Assembly: GCA_040390725.1 (NCBI GenBank)
Contig: JAZJXT010000001.1
Span: 152,586-216,585 of the forward strand
Length of the DNA stretch: 64,000 bases
Direction of reading: 5' to 3'
Source of the DNA: Patescibacteria group bacterium
GTDB taxonomy: Bacteria; Patescibacteriota; Minisyncoccia; Phycocordibacterales; UBA9973
The position numbers and the translations under genes are program-made. This document shows positions 54,368 to 64,000 of this stretch, piece after piece; the stretch's first letter is position 1, and every line of letters begins with the position of its first letter. A model generated the notes under the pieces. That model had not been told where the DNA came from and did not search any database. It was given only the letters and a program-made list of their open reading frames with translations.

Positions 54368-56125
54368 ATGTCTACTTTCAAGGACACAATTTCATATTTA
54401 AAGCCTATTGTCATGCAATATAAATGGCAATTTTTTCTAATTTTTTTCTTGCAAGCTGGACGACTTGTTTTTAATAGCATTATTAACCCTTTGATTTACA
54501 AAAGGATTATAGATGTGATTTCTAAATCAGGCGTGGATAGGAGTTTGGTGGCGCATTCGTTACTCCAAAATGTTTTTTTTATTGTTATTCTTTTGCCTAT
54601 TGGTTGGTTTTTTGGCAGGGCGACTCAATTTGCAATGTCCAAATTTCAATCCTTGGTGATAAAGGATTTACATGATTTTTCTTTCAAGAAGCTTCATGAC
54701 CACTCTTATATGTTTTTCGCCGATCATTTTTCCGGAGCATTGGTAAATAAATCCAGGAAATTTGTCCGTGCATTTGAAGTAATGCACGATATTTTGATAG
54801 ATAATTTTTGGAATTCTCTTGTCGCCCTTACTGCTGTTTTTGTAGTATTTTTTACACAATCTCACATGATAGCTTTTATTTTCCTAGGGATGGCTGTATT
54901 TTATTTATCTATAGTATTTTTAATGGCAAGGAAAAAGGTCGAATATGACTTAGCTGAAGCTGCTGCGGATTCAAAAGTAACCGCAGTCTTAGCTGATTCT
55001 ATAACGAACTTTTTATCCATTAAATCATCTTCTTCCATCGACAGAGAAGTAAAAAGTTTTAAGGAAACCACAAACCTTGATGAGAAGCTTCGTCTTCGAA
55101 CATGGTATTTCGGTAATAAATTAAATGCGATTCAGTCGGGTATATCTTTTGCCGTTCAGATGATAGTAGCTTTTGTGACTGCATATTTATGGCTTGATGG
55201 TAAGATTTCTGCCGGTGTATTTGTCTTGGTGCAAAGTTATTCTGTGACTATTGGCAATCAATTTTGGGATTTGGGCAAGGCCACTACAAAGTTCACAAAG
55301 TCTATGTCGGACATGAAGGAAATGGTGGATATTTTCAAACAAACATCAGACGTAGTTGATCCTTCTGATCCTGAGGTGTCCAGAATCCAAAATGGAAATA
55401 TAGAAATAAAAAATATTGATTTTATTTATCCAAATGGCACTGACGTTTTTACTAATTTTTCTTTAAAGATAAATAAAGGTGAGAGGGTCGGATTAGTGGG
55501 GCATTCTGGCAGTGGTAAGTCTACCTTCACTAAGTTGATCATGCGTTTTATTGATATTTCTTCCGGTGAAATTTTAATTGACGGGCAAGATATTAGAAAA
55601 ATAAAACAAGATGATTTGCGCAATAACATTTCTTATATTTCTCAAGAGCCAATTTTATTTCATAGAAGTATACGTGAGAATATAGCTTATAGTTTACCTG
55701 AGGCGACCGAAGAACAAATCATAGAAGCTGCTAAAAAGGCGTATGCTCATGAGTTTATCGTAAATCTAAAACATGGTTATGATACAATGGTTGGCGAGCG
55801 AGGGGTCAAGCTCTCGGGCGGACAGAGACAAAGAGTGTCCATAGCCAGGGCGATGCTTAAACCTACTCCTATTATTATGTTGGATGAAGCCACCAGCTCT
55901 CTCGATAGTGTTTCCGAAAAATATATTCAAGATGCTTTTAATAAACTTACAAAAGGCAAAACCACAATAGTAATAGCACACAGACTTTCTACAATTCAAA
56001 AAATGGATAGAATTATTGTTTTGGAAAAAGGTAAAATTGCCGAAGAGGGAACACATATGGAACTTCTAAAAAAGGAAGGTATATATGCCAATCTATGGGG
56101 TCATCAAACCGGCGGTTTTTTGTAA
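54368..56125 (+). CDS. ABC exporter, fused permease/ATPase
   Basis: TM domain, GHSGSGKST, LSGGQRQR, LDEATSSLD, IAHRLST. Confidence 0.92.
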   Translation: MSTFKDTISYLKPIVMQYKWQFFLIFFLQAGRLVFNSIINPLIYKRIIDVISKSGVDRSLVAHSLLQNVFFIVILLPIGWFFGRATQFAMSKFQSLVIKDLHDFSFKKLHDHSYMFFADHFSGALVNKSRKFVRAFEVMHDILIDNFWNSLVALTAVFVVFFTQSHMIAFIFLGMAVFYLSIVFLMARKKVEYDLAEAAADSKVTAVLADSITNFLSIKSSSSIDREVKSFKETTNLDEKLRLRTWYFGNKLNAIQSGISFAVQMIVAFVTAYLWLDGKISAGVFVLVQSYSVTIGNQFWDLGKATTKFTKSMSDMKEMVDIFKQTSDVVDPSDPEVSRIQNGNIEIKNIDFIYPNGTDVFTNFSLKINKGERVGLVGHSGSGKSTFTKLIMRFIDISSGEILIDGQDIRKIKQDDLRNNISYISQEPILFHRSIRENIAYSLPEATEEQIIEAAKKAYAHEFIVNLKHGYDTMVGERGVKLSGGQRQRVSIARAMLKPTPIIMLDEATSSLDSVSEKYIQDAFNKLTKGKTTIVIAHRLSTIQKMDRIIVLEKGKIAEEGTHMELLKKEGIYANLWGHQTGGFL

Positions 56126-56165
56126 TTTGCTTTTAAAAATTTAAAATAAGTATATAATAAAGAGT

Positions 56166-56711
56166 ATGAATGAAGTAGTAAAAAATTTTACAACTATAAA
56201 AATAGAAAAAAATAGTCTGTCGGAAAAGGAGCCAGGCTGGGAAAGCATAGCCTCTCTACGTTTTACACTTAAGGCAAGCACTCTAAAAATAAAAGAAGCT
56301 ATTGAGATATATAGGCTAGAACATCCAGAGTGGTGTAAAATGTTCAAATTTACCGATAAGCTTGGCAGAACTCATTCAGCAGAGTACTACTCTCCCCAAT
56401 TAAAAGAATTAATAAGAGAATATTTAATTAAAAATAAAAATAAAAATAAAGAAAAAAATTCAGAAAAGAAGCCAGGTTTTAAAAATTGTAGTGAATTGGC
56501 GCAGATTCTAAAAACATCTTATGTGAAAGTTAAAGAATCTGCGAACAAACATAGGGCATCAGAAAATGCTAACGAGTTTTTTCAAAAGTTGTATACTGAT
56601 AACAAAGTATTATTATCTGAAAATTATTCTCCCGAGCTTATTGAGCTAATTGCCAAAGATCTTGGAAGAGAAGAAGAACTTAGGATATATAGAGAAAAAG
56701 AATATGAATAA
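56166..56711 (+). CDS. Hypothetical protein with two copies of a ~75-aa domain
   Basis: EK.PG(W/F)...(S)L ... YSP.L.ELI repeated. Confidence 0.6.
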   Translation: MNEVVKNFTTIKIEKNSLSEKEPGWESIASLRFTLKASTLKIKEAIEIYRLEHPEWCKMFKFTDKLGRTHSAEYYSPQLKELIREYLIKNKNKNKEKNSEKKPGFKNCSELAQILKTSYVKVKESANKHRASENANEFFQKLYTDNKVLLSENYSPELIELIAKDLGREEELRIYREKEYE

Positions 56712-56807
56712 TGGTTCTTGCATTTCAAATTAATTACATCTAATACACAACAGATTGGTATTTTGTTTCAAATTGCTATAAATTAGGTTGTTATATATAC
56801 TATTAGT

Positions 56808-57881
56808 ATGAATTTTAATGAATCAAAAAGATGGCTTTCTCCACACTCAGAAGGTAATGGCGCTAAAAATAGTGAGAATGAAAATGACCATATAGATTTT
56901 AGTAAATTTTCTCTTGAGGAGATAATTGAAGGATTAAAGTATAAAACTTTTAAACCAAACATGTCCACGGTTGACAGGCTTATTGAACTTAAAAAACCGC
57001 ATGAAATTCTTAATTTTCTTTATCAATTTGATGAAAAATATCATAATCAAATAGCTCATAAATTTATTGGGATAGGACGTTCCCTTTGGATTGCAAATCA
57101 CCTTTATGAGCTGGAAGGTCTTGATGACTGGATAAAAGAACGGCTTGATGGGGATGGGTATGGTCACCTTGTCGAAGATAGTCCCGATAGTTTTGGTAAA
57201 TTAGAAGATAATATTATAAATAATATTTCCGAACCCGTACTCGAGTCTAAACCTAAATTTAAACCTGAACCTGAAATCGAAAAAAAATCTACAATTTCAC
57301 CTAATCTTGTTGAGTTATTAAAAATAGATTTAGGGGTTGAGGAAATAAAAAAGATACCAGAAAAGAAGGAAGGTTGGGAAACAGCAAGTTCTTTGGCTTT
57401 TATTTTACAAAGAGATTACGGCTTGAAGGTGTTACACGGGATCCTTTATGGGGATATTAAGAACATTGTTGAAAAATACAGAACAGAAAAAAATTTAGCC
57501 TGGTTTGAAATGCAGAGGGTGGTTGATGAAACTCCCGAATGTTATGCTCCTGAGCTCGTTGAGTTAATTATTGAAGATATAACAAAGAAGTATAATTCTA
57601 GTGAATACATGCCTGTTGCGGAAAATCCTGAAATTGAAAGATTAAAAAATTTATTAGTAATTAAAAATTCTGATGCTCGCGAGTTTTGTGATTATGGTGA
57701 ATATGATTTATTGGCGGATAGACTGGCACGCGGATACAAAATCGATGACTCTATCGCAAATGAGCTTATTGATCATGGTTATGGCAAAAATGTGGGGGAA
57801 TATATGGATAGATTTATACTTAAACAGGAAACCATAAAAAGATTGTTTCTTTTTATTGGGTATGGGGAAAGAGACCAATAA
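56808..57881 (+). CDS. Hypothetical protein sharing the same ~75-aa domain
   Basis: EKKEGWETASSL...YAPELVELI plus 'IA..LI..G.G..V....F' repeats. Confidence 0.6.
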   Translation: MNFNESKRWLSPHSEGNGAKNSENENDHIDFSKFSLEEIIEGLKYKTFKPNMSTVDRLIELKKPHEILNFLYQFDEKYHNQIAHKFIGIGRSLWIANHLYELEGLDDWIKERLDGDGYGHLVEDSPDSFGKLEDNIINNISEPVLESKPKFKPEPEIEKKSTISPNLVELLKIDLGVEEIKKIPEKKEGWETASSLAFILQRDYGLKVLHGILYGDIKNIVEKYRTEKNLAWFEMQRVVDETPECYAPELVELIIEDITKKYNSSEYMPVAENPEIERLKNLLVIKNSDAREFCDYGEYDLLADRLARGYKIDDSIANELIDHGYGKNVGEYMDRFILKQETIKRLFLFIGYGERDQ

Positions 57882-57921
57882 TAAATTTTGAAAAAACGGC
57901 TTTTTCTGATAAGATAGCAGT

Positions 57922-59712
57922 ATGCAGAAACAGCCCTCAACATTATTAAGAATGGCTTTATTTTTTACAGACCGAAAGAGAACGGTCGCTTTTTTGGCTG
58001 TTTTGATTGTTTTTTCACAGGCAGCGAGTATCAGTGTGCCATTTATATCAAAAATTTTAATTGACTCTTTGACTGCGTTTATTAAAAAGGGTGGGGAGAT
58101 GCCGATACATACTTTAATATATTGCGCCTTGGGTATTTTAGTGGCCACACTTATCAGTAGTATTTTGGAGTCATTTTACAATTACAATCTTTTTGAGATG
58201 GTGACAAAAGTAGAAGACAAAGTCCGTAATTTAGCTTTTGAAAAATATCTTCACTTGCATGCACTTTTTCACCATGGAGCTTCGAGTGGGCAAATTATCG
58301 GGCGCATAGAGCGCGGTGGAGTTTCATTTTATACGATTGCAAATGATATAATCGGGCAACACATCGTGCCCTCGATGCTTGTTTTTACCGGAGCATTTAT
58401 AGCATTATTATTTGCGAATGTTTGGATTGCATTTGCTGTTTTAATTCCATTTCCTATTTATCTTTTGGCGACGAGGAAAATTGCCAATAAAATTTATTTG
58501 ATTGAGCAAGAATCAAATGATGCATTTGAAGGAATTTCACGCGAACTTTACGACATCGCCGGCAATGTTTTCACTGTTAAAAAATTCTCGCAAGAAGAAG
58601 CAGAATCACAGCATCATGAAAGATTGGTAAAAAAAGCCAGAGAAATACAATATGGCGCAGAGCGTTTATGGAGCAGGATTGAAAGCATTCAGTCGGCTAT
58701 CGCTATTACCGGACGCATTGGAGTGCTCGCTCTTTCTGCTTGGTTTGTGTTGAACGGCACGGCAACTATTGGGCAATTTGTTTTATATATTACTTTACAA
58801 AATATGGCATACCAACCACTCACGTCATTGTCTTCACTTTTCACTAGAGTTCGCAGAAATCTAACTAGAGTTGAGAGAATGTTTTTTGTTTTAGATGAAT
58901 CCATGAGCGTGCTCGACAAGCCAAATGCGAAAATTCTATCACCGCTCACAAAACAAATTGAATTTAAAAATCTTTTCTTTTCTTATCATAAAAAAGAGGA
59001 GGGGAAAGAATGGGCTTTGAAAAATTTAAATATTACTATTCCGGCCGGTACCAAAGTCGCATTGGTGGGCAGGTCGGGAAGCGGAAAAACTACATTTATA
59101 AATTTGCTTCTTCGTTCTTATGATCCACAAAAAGGCGGAATATATATTGATGGAGTTGATATTCGTGATGTAAAACAAGATTCTTTACGCAGACAAATAG
59201 CCGTCGTTCCGCAGGAGGTTGATTTGTTCTCGAGAACTGTTTATGAAAATATAGCTTATGGTCGCGAAGGTATTCCGCAAGAGCAAATTCAAAATGCCGC
59301 AAAGAATGCATTGGCTCATGATTTTATTATGAAGCTCGACAATGGCTACAATACCGTAGTGGGTGAGCGAGGCATCAAACTTTCCGGCGGAGAAAGACAA
59401 AGAGTAGGTATAGCCCGCGCGATATTGCGTGATCCTAAAATTTTGATTTTAGATGAAGCCACAAGCCACCTAGACACTGAAAGTGAAAAAATAATTACAG
59501 AAGCTACTGATACTCTAGTAAAAAATCGTACATCATTTATCATTGCTCATCGTCTTTCTACTGTTATTCATGCCGACATGATTTTGGTTTTCAAAGATGG
59601 CGAAATAGAAGCCGTAGGCAAGCATTCTGAATTACTGCATTCCAGTCCGACATATGCGCGCTTGCATTCTTTGCAATTCGAAGAAGATGAAACTACGCCG
59701 TTGACGCATTAA
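57922..59712 (+). CDS. ABC exporter, fused permease/ATPase (MsbA-like)
   Basis: GRSGSGKTT, LSGGERQR, LDEATSHLD, IAHRLST. Confidence 0.92.
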   Translation: MQKQPSTLLRMALFFTDRKRTVAFLAVLIVFSQAASISVPFISKILIDSLTAFIKKGGEMPIHTLIYCALGILVATLISSILESFYNYNLFEMVTKVEDKVRNLAFEKYLHLHALFHHGASSGQIIGRIERGGVSFYTIANDIIGQHIVPSMLVFTGAFIALLFANVWIAFAVLIPFPIYLLATRKIANKIYLIEQESNDAFEGISRELYDIAGNVFTVKKFSQEEAESQHHERLVKKAREIQYGAERLWSRIESIQSAIAITGRIGVLALSAWFVLNGTATIGQFVLYITLQNMAYQPLTSLSSLFTRVRRNLTRVERMFFVLDESMSVLDKPNAKILSPLTKQIEFKNLFFSYHKKEEGKEWALKNLNITIPAGTKVALVGRSGSGKTTFINLLLRSYDPQKGGIYIDGVDIRDVKQDSLRRQIAVVPQEVDLFSRTVYENIAYGREGIPQEQIQNAAKNALAHDFIMKLDNGYNTVVGERGIKLSGGERQRVGIARAILRDPKILILDEATSHLDTESEKIITEATDTLVKNRTSFIIAHRLSTVIHADMILVFKDGEIEAVGKHSELLHSSPTYARLHSLQFEEDETTPLTH

Positions 59713-59721
59713 AATAAATTT

Positions 59722-61524
59722 ATGGAATTAAAACAAATTAGAAATTTTTCGATTATAGCGCATATTGACCACGGGAAAAGCACCTTGGCTGATAGAATGC
59801 TCGAGATAACGCATACTATTGAAAAAAGAAAAATGAAAGACCAAGTGCTCGACAATATGGAGCTCGAGCGCGAACGCGGAATCACTATAAAAATGCAACC
59901 AGTGCGGATGGAATTTAAGGCAGGTAATGAGAATTTTATTTTAAATCTTATTGATACTCCTGGGCATATAGACTTTTCTTATGAAGTTTCGCGAGCCTTG
60001 AAAGCAGTAGAAGGTTCTATTTTACTTGTGGACTCTACTCAAGGTGTGCAGGCTCAAACTCTTACTACTTTAAATATGGCGCGTGAGGGTGGACTTAAAA
60101 TTATTCCTGTTTTGTCAAAAATAGATTCTCCTTTAGCTCGAGTAGAAGATGTAAAAGAAGAAGTAGTGAAGCTTTTGAATTGTGATCCGGATGAAATACT
60201 TTTAGTATCAGGGCGCACCGGTGAGGGGGTGGAGGATTTATTAAAAGAAGTTATAAAACGGGTACCTCCACCGAAGGAAACTTATTCCAAGGATGGGAAT
60301 TTACGCGCATTGGTTTTCGATTTTAAATATTCCAATCATCGCGGTGTGACGGTGTATGTGAGGTTGCTCGATGGCGCAGTTTCCAAGGGCGAGAGTTTGA
60401 TTTTCTCCGCATCACAAGAGAAATTTATTCCGCTTGAGGTGGGAATTTTTGCACCGGAAGAAAATGCTCGACCGGAGCTTTTGGTGGGTGAAATAGGTTA
60501 TATTGTTACTGGTATAAAGCAACCCGGCATAGCCAGCGTTGGAGATACTATTACCTTTCTTAAAAATCCATTGCCTCCGCTGTCTGGTTATGAAAAACCT
60601 CGTCCTGTAGTCTGGGCTTCTATTTTCCCTGAAGATGCTGATGACTTTGCTGATTTAAAAGCAGCCCTGGGCAAGCTTCGTCTTTCTGATTCAGCATTTT
60701 CTTATGAAGAAGAATCATCAGGCTCACTTGGGCGTGGATTTCGTTGTGGATTTTTAGGTATGCTTCACTTGGAAATAATTACAGAAAGATTGAAGAGGGA
60801 ATTTGATTTGGAATTGGTTATCACGACGCCGTCTATTACTTATGAAGTAGTAATGAAGGGTGGAAAAAGAGAAAAAATTTATTCCCCGTATTTTTTTCCG
60901 GATGATGGAAATATCCAAGAAGTTTTTGAGCCTTGGGTAGCAGTAAAAATAATTACGCCGTCTACATATATAGGAAATATTATGCAATTACTTTTTGATC
61001 ATGAGGCTGAAATAGGCGAGACGGAAAATTTCGGAGACAATCGTTCCGCTCTTTCATTAAAAATGCCTTTGCGAGAATTGATGCGTAATTTTTTTGACGA
61101 ATTAAAAAGCGCTTCCTCGGGTTATGCTTCGATATCTTACGAAATAGGAGAGATGCGTGAAGCCAATGTTACCCGCTTAGATATATTAGTTGCTGATGAA
61201 CCGGTGCCTGCATTTTCGCGTGTTGTATCTAAAAAGAAAGTGGAAGAAGAAGCCGAAAGAGCGGTGGAAAAACTTCACGGTATTTTGCCGAAACAAATGT
61301 TTACCACAAAAATACAAGGCAAGGCCTTGGGTAGAATTATTTCATCGCGCACTATTCAGGCATTTAAAAAAGACGTTACTCAGCATATGTATGGAGGGGA
61401 CATAACACGCAAAATGAAACTCCGTGAAAAGCAGAAAAAAGGCAAGAAGAAAATGAAAGAACGCGGACGAGTAAATATCCCTCAAGATGTATTCTTGAAG
61501 ATGATGCGTTCAGGGGATAAATAA
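59722..61524 (+). CDS. lepA: Elongation factor 4
   Basis: IRNFSIIAHIDHGKSTLADR, GFRCGFLGMLHLEI, YGGDITRK.KL.EKQKKGKKKMK. Confidence 0.97.
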   Translation: MELKQIRNFSIIAHIDHGKSTLADRMLEITHTIEKRKMKDQVLDNMELERERGITIKMQPVRMEFKAGNENFILNLIDTPGHIDFSYEVSRALKAVEGSILLVDSTQGVQAQTLTTLNMAREGGLKIIPVLSKIDSPLARVEDVKEEVVKLLNCDPDEILLVSGRTGEGVEDLLKEVIKRVPPPKETYSKDGNLRALVFDFKYSNHRGVTVYVRLLDGAVSKGESLIFSASQEKFIPLEVGIFAPEENARPELLVGEIGYIVTGIKQPGIASVGDTITFLKNPLPPLSGYEKPRPVVWASIFPEDADDFADLKAALGKLRLSDSAFSYEEESSGSLGRGFRCGFLGMLHLEIITERLKREFDLELVITTPSITYEVVMKGGKREKIYSPYFFPDDGNIQEVFEPWVAVKIITPSTYIGNIMQLLFDHEAEIGETENFGDNRSALSLKMPLRELMRNFFDELKSASSGYASISYEIGEMREANVTRLDILVADEPVPAFSRVVSKKKVEEEAERAVEKLHGILPKQMFTTKIQGKALGRIISSRTIQAFKKDVTQHMYGGDITRKMKLREKQKKGKKKMKERGRVNIPQDVFLKMMRSGDK

Positions 61525-61558
61525 GAGGCAAGACCTAACATGTTAGGTCTTGCCTCTT
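61523..61558. terminator. 36-bp perfect palindrome (terminator or REP-like) between convergent genes
   Basis: AAGAGGCAAGACCTAACA|TGTTAGGTCTTGCCTCTT. Confidence 0.6.
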
Positions 61559-61562
61559 GGTT

Positions 61563-61679
61563 TTATTTCAAAGTAAATAACGATGCAGAGTAGAGCAATA
61601 TCATACTGATGATGATAAATACGCATAATACTGACCAGATTATCTGCACTTTTTTCTTGTGTTTTTTATTAAAAATCAT
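61563..61679 (-). CDS. Small single-TM protein (38 aa; DUF4044/Prli42-like architecture), not in ORF track
   Basis: MIFNKKHKKKVQIIWSVLCVFIIISMILLYSASLFTLK*; ATG 6 nt after minus-strand TGCTAGTAT. Confidence 0.65.
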   Translation of the reverse strand: MIFNKKHKKKVQIIWSVLCVFIIISMILLYSASLFTLK

Positions 61680-61698
61680 AGTATAATACTAGCATATT

Positions 61699-62070
61699 AT
61701 GAAGAATTTTCAACAAAAAAGTAAGTTTAAGCTTTTTATGCAATCCAGGCTTGGTTTGACCTTGTTGGGTTTATTTGTTATTTTTTTTGCATATAGTGTT
61801 TTTGGTTTTATGGGTAAGGCAGAGGAAGCAGCAAAAAATAAAAATCTTGCAGAGGAAAAAATAGTAGAGTTGCAGAAAGAAAAAGAAAGGTTGTCCACTG
61901 ATATTCAAAAATTACAAACACCTGAAGGTCAAGAAGAAGCTATCCGTGAAAAATTTGGTTGGACCAAGTCGGGGGAGGGTTTGGTGGTAGTGGTAGATGA
62001 TCAAAATAAAGATATGGGCATAAAGAAAGAAACTGGCTTTTTTTCTTATATAAAAAGTTGGTTTAAATAA
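61699..62070 (+). CDS. ftsB: Septum formation initiator (FtsB/DivIC family)
   Basis: TM, coiled coil, 'E..IREKFG..K.GE.LVVV'. Confidence 0.75.
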   Translation: MKNFQQKSKFKLFMQSRLGLTLLGLFVIFFAYSVFGFMGKAEEAAKNKNLAEEKIVELQKEKERLSTDIQKLQTPEGQEEAIREKFGWTKSGEGLVVVVDDQNKDMGIKKETGFFSYIKSWFK

Positions 62071-62161
62071 CGTTGACAGTCTTGCCTTGTAAATGATATT
62101 ATCTAGTAAATTTAGTTTTTAAAGTTCATTACTTAAATGCTCCTTGGAGGGGAGATGTATT

Positions 62162-62554
62162 ATGAAAGTTTTATATAGTATTTTAATTTGCGCTGTGCTT
62201 CTTTGGGTGTCAGGGTTAGTATGGGCCCTCAAGGAAACTGATGCTTACTTTTACACTGAGGAGAAAATTAGCATAATTTTTGGAATTCTGCTTTTTTCCT
62301 ACCTTGCAGTAAAAAGAATAAAAAAAATTTATATTACTGTTGTGTTGTTTTGTTTAGGCTATGCCTTTTGTTTTTATGGCATACCCTCGTTTGGAGAAGC
62401 ATTTATGTCTATTTTTGGAAAATGGACAGCATTACTTATCGGCATCCTTATAAAGGGTTCCTTTGAGTTAATCATAATATGCATTATTTACTTCTGCTTA
62501 TGGTCAATTAATAAATTCATAAATGACCACACACAAAGAGGGGTATCTCTTTAA
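62162..62554 (+). CDS. Four-TM hypothetical membrane protein
   Basis: Hydrophobic ORF, upstream TTGACA..TATTAT and GGAGG. Confidence 0.5.
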   Translation: MKVLYSILICAVLLWVSGLVWALKETDAYFYTEEKISIIFGILLFSYLAVKRIKKIYITVVLFCLGYAFCFYGIPSFGEAFMSIFGKWTALLIGILIKGSFELIIICIIYFCLWSINKFINDHTQRGVSL

Positions 62555-62584
62555 AAAATTTACAGCAATATTGTATCCAATTCT

Positions 62585-62615
62585 TAGTCCTCGAATTTTT
62601 CGGGGCTATTTTTTT
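62585..62615 (+). terminator. Intrinsic terminator
   Basis: TAGTCCTCGAA..TTCGGGGCTA followed by T-tract. Confidence 0.6.
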
Positions 62616-62616
62616 A

Positions 62617-63684
62617 TCAATTTGTATAAGTAAATAGCTTGTCACTATCAATATTTAGCATGTCTTGCTTTTTGAATTTTAACACTGGTGCTTTGATTCC
62701 TTTTTCCTTTAATTTTTTTTTAGATACAAAATTTTTTATCTCGTCCCAGAGATTATTTTTTATAAAACTATTTAAAAGCGTTGCCCCGCCTTCAACTATT
62801 AGAGATTGTATTTTTCGTGCATAAAGTTCTTTTAGGATTTGTGGGAGTATGTTTTTTTTGAAATTTATTTTTATATATTCTAAATTCTTTTTATTTTCTT
62901 TTGGATTTTTTTTCTTTTCTGCAAAAATAAGTGTAGGTGTTTTTTTATCCAATAAGTGAAAGTTTTTTGGAATTTTTAAATATTGGTCTATGGCGATACG
63001 TATAGGGTTTTTGCCTTTAGTTAGGCGAACAGTGAGCTCGGGATTATCCAATAGGGCAGTATTGGTACCCACTATTATGGCTTGGTTTTCACTGCGCATT
63101 TTGTGAGATAGAATTTTGGATTTCTTATTGCTGATTTGTAAGGGCTTTTTACCGTCACCAAAAGTTCTTTTGGCATCCATAAATCCATTGGCAGTTTGCG
63201 CCCATTTTAAAATAACATACGGGCGTTTTTTTTCTTGATAGGTGAAAAAAGTTTTATTTAAATCTCTCGATTCTTTTTCTAGTACGCCTATTTTTACTTT
63301 TATTCCAGCTTTTAAAAGTTTTTCAATTCCTTGTCCATTTACTTTTGCGAAAGTATCCAGGCATCCAATTACAACATTCGGAATTTTGTGTTTTATTATT
63401 AGGTCTGTGCAAGGGGGAGTCTTGCCGAAATGCGCGCATGGTTCCAAGTTCACATATAGGGTAGACTTTTCCAAAAGCTTCTTATTCTTAACTGACTTTA
63501 CCGCATTTACTTCTGCGTGAGCTTCGCCGTATTTTTGGTGGTAGCCTTTGCCGATTATTTTTTTATCAAATACTATGACACTGCCCACCATAGGGTTCGG
63601 AGCTACATTACCAAGTCCTTTTTCTGCCAGCCTTAGGCAAATACTCATGTATTTTTCATCTTTTTTTACATCCCTTTCTGACAT
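62617..63684 (-). CDS. ribD: Riboflavin biosynthesis deaminase/reductase
   Basis: PNPMVG, HAEV, NLEPC.H.GKTPPC, DNP.LTVR, VEGG. Confidence 0.95.
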   Translation of the reverse strand: MSERDVKKDEKYMSICLRLAEKGLGNVAPNPMVGSVIVFDKKIIGKGYHQKYGEAHAEVNAVKSVKNKKLLEKSTLYVNLEPCAHFGKTPPCTDLIIKHKIPNVVIGCLDTFAKVNGQGIEKLLKAGIKVKIGVLEKESRDLNKTFFTYQEKKRPYVILKWAQTANGFMDAKRTFGDGKKPLQISNKKSKILSHKMRSENQAIIVGTNTALLDNPELTVRLTKGKNPIRIAIDQYLKIPKNFHLLDKKTPTLIFAEKKKNPKENKKNLEYIKINFKKNILPQILKELYARKIQSLIVEGGATLLNSFIKNNLWDEIKNFVSKKKLKEKGIKAPVLKFKKQDMLNIDSDKLFTYTN

Positions 63685-63824
63685 GATTAAATTATAACAT
63701 ACCCCATAAATTAAATTTCTAAGCAGTTGATTTTTTAGCCAAATGTGATATTGTAATGTAAGAGTTGTTTTTTCAGCTCATTGTAATTTTTTGTAGCGTT
63801 GTTTTACACTTAAAAAATATTTTT

Positions 63825-64000
63825 ATGAGTATCTTTTCAAAGACTTATCGTAAGCCAGGGGTTTTTAGCTTTTTTAGCAATATAAAGAACAATATTCTTT
63901 TTTATATTACTATATTTCCCTATGTTAAAGATGCATTTTTCCAAAAAATTAAAAATAGAAATTGGGAAAATATCTTTAATAAAAAACAAAAAGTAAGTGG
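63825..64000 (+). CDS. 5' part of an ORF running off the window (partial)
   Basis: Open from ATG 63825 (MSIFSKTYRKPG...) to the window end. Confidence 0.35.
   Translation, partial: MSIFSKTYRKPGVFSFFSNIKNNILFYITIFPYVKDAFFQKIKNRNWENIFNKKQKVS

Noticed and set aside
7523-63520. Numerous antisense ORFs of 60-230 aa overlapping conserved genes (infB, clpB, ychF, leuS and others)
   Set aside because: Shadow frames of strongly supported genes, with no motifs or start signals

Overview
AT-rich chromosomal segment that looks like a Patescibacteria/CPR (Parcubacteria-type) genome. This is inferred from the VirB2/TrbC-like pilin array, short IF2, DUF4446 and pervasive leaderless starts. Housekeeping genes (rbfA, infB, iscS-like, clpB, ychF, tsaC, leuS, murJ, lepA, ftsB-like) alternate with accessory blocks: a six-pilin array, a phage-tail-fibre-repeat surface island between convergent tRNA-Tyr and tRNA-Ala, dapB-dapA-dapL, a PMI plus GH130 mannoside locus, and a Fic/Smr/MmeI-like/DinD/YgjP/ArsR island. 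Seven tRNAs are present. The strongest signal is a tRNA-Asn(GUU) split inside its anticodon (35/36) by a 563-nt group I intron carrying an HNH endonuclease ORF in the P1 loop. It is followed by a structured element built from antisense and sense copies of the tRNA 3' end. Other signals: tandem echoes of tRNA 5' halves, in-frame hairpin insertions in infB and leuS, two promoters with microsatellite spacers one unit longer than 17 bp, an orphan promoter-to-terminator sRNA candidate, a thrice-repeated palindrome around an ArsR cassette, and three small ORFs missed by the track. All product calls come from motif recognition by eye; no searches were run.
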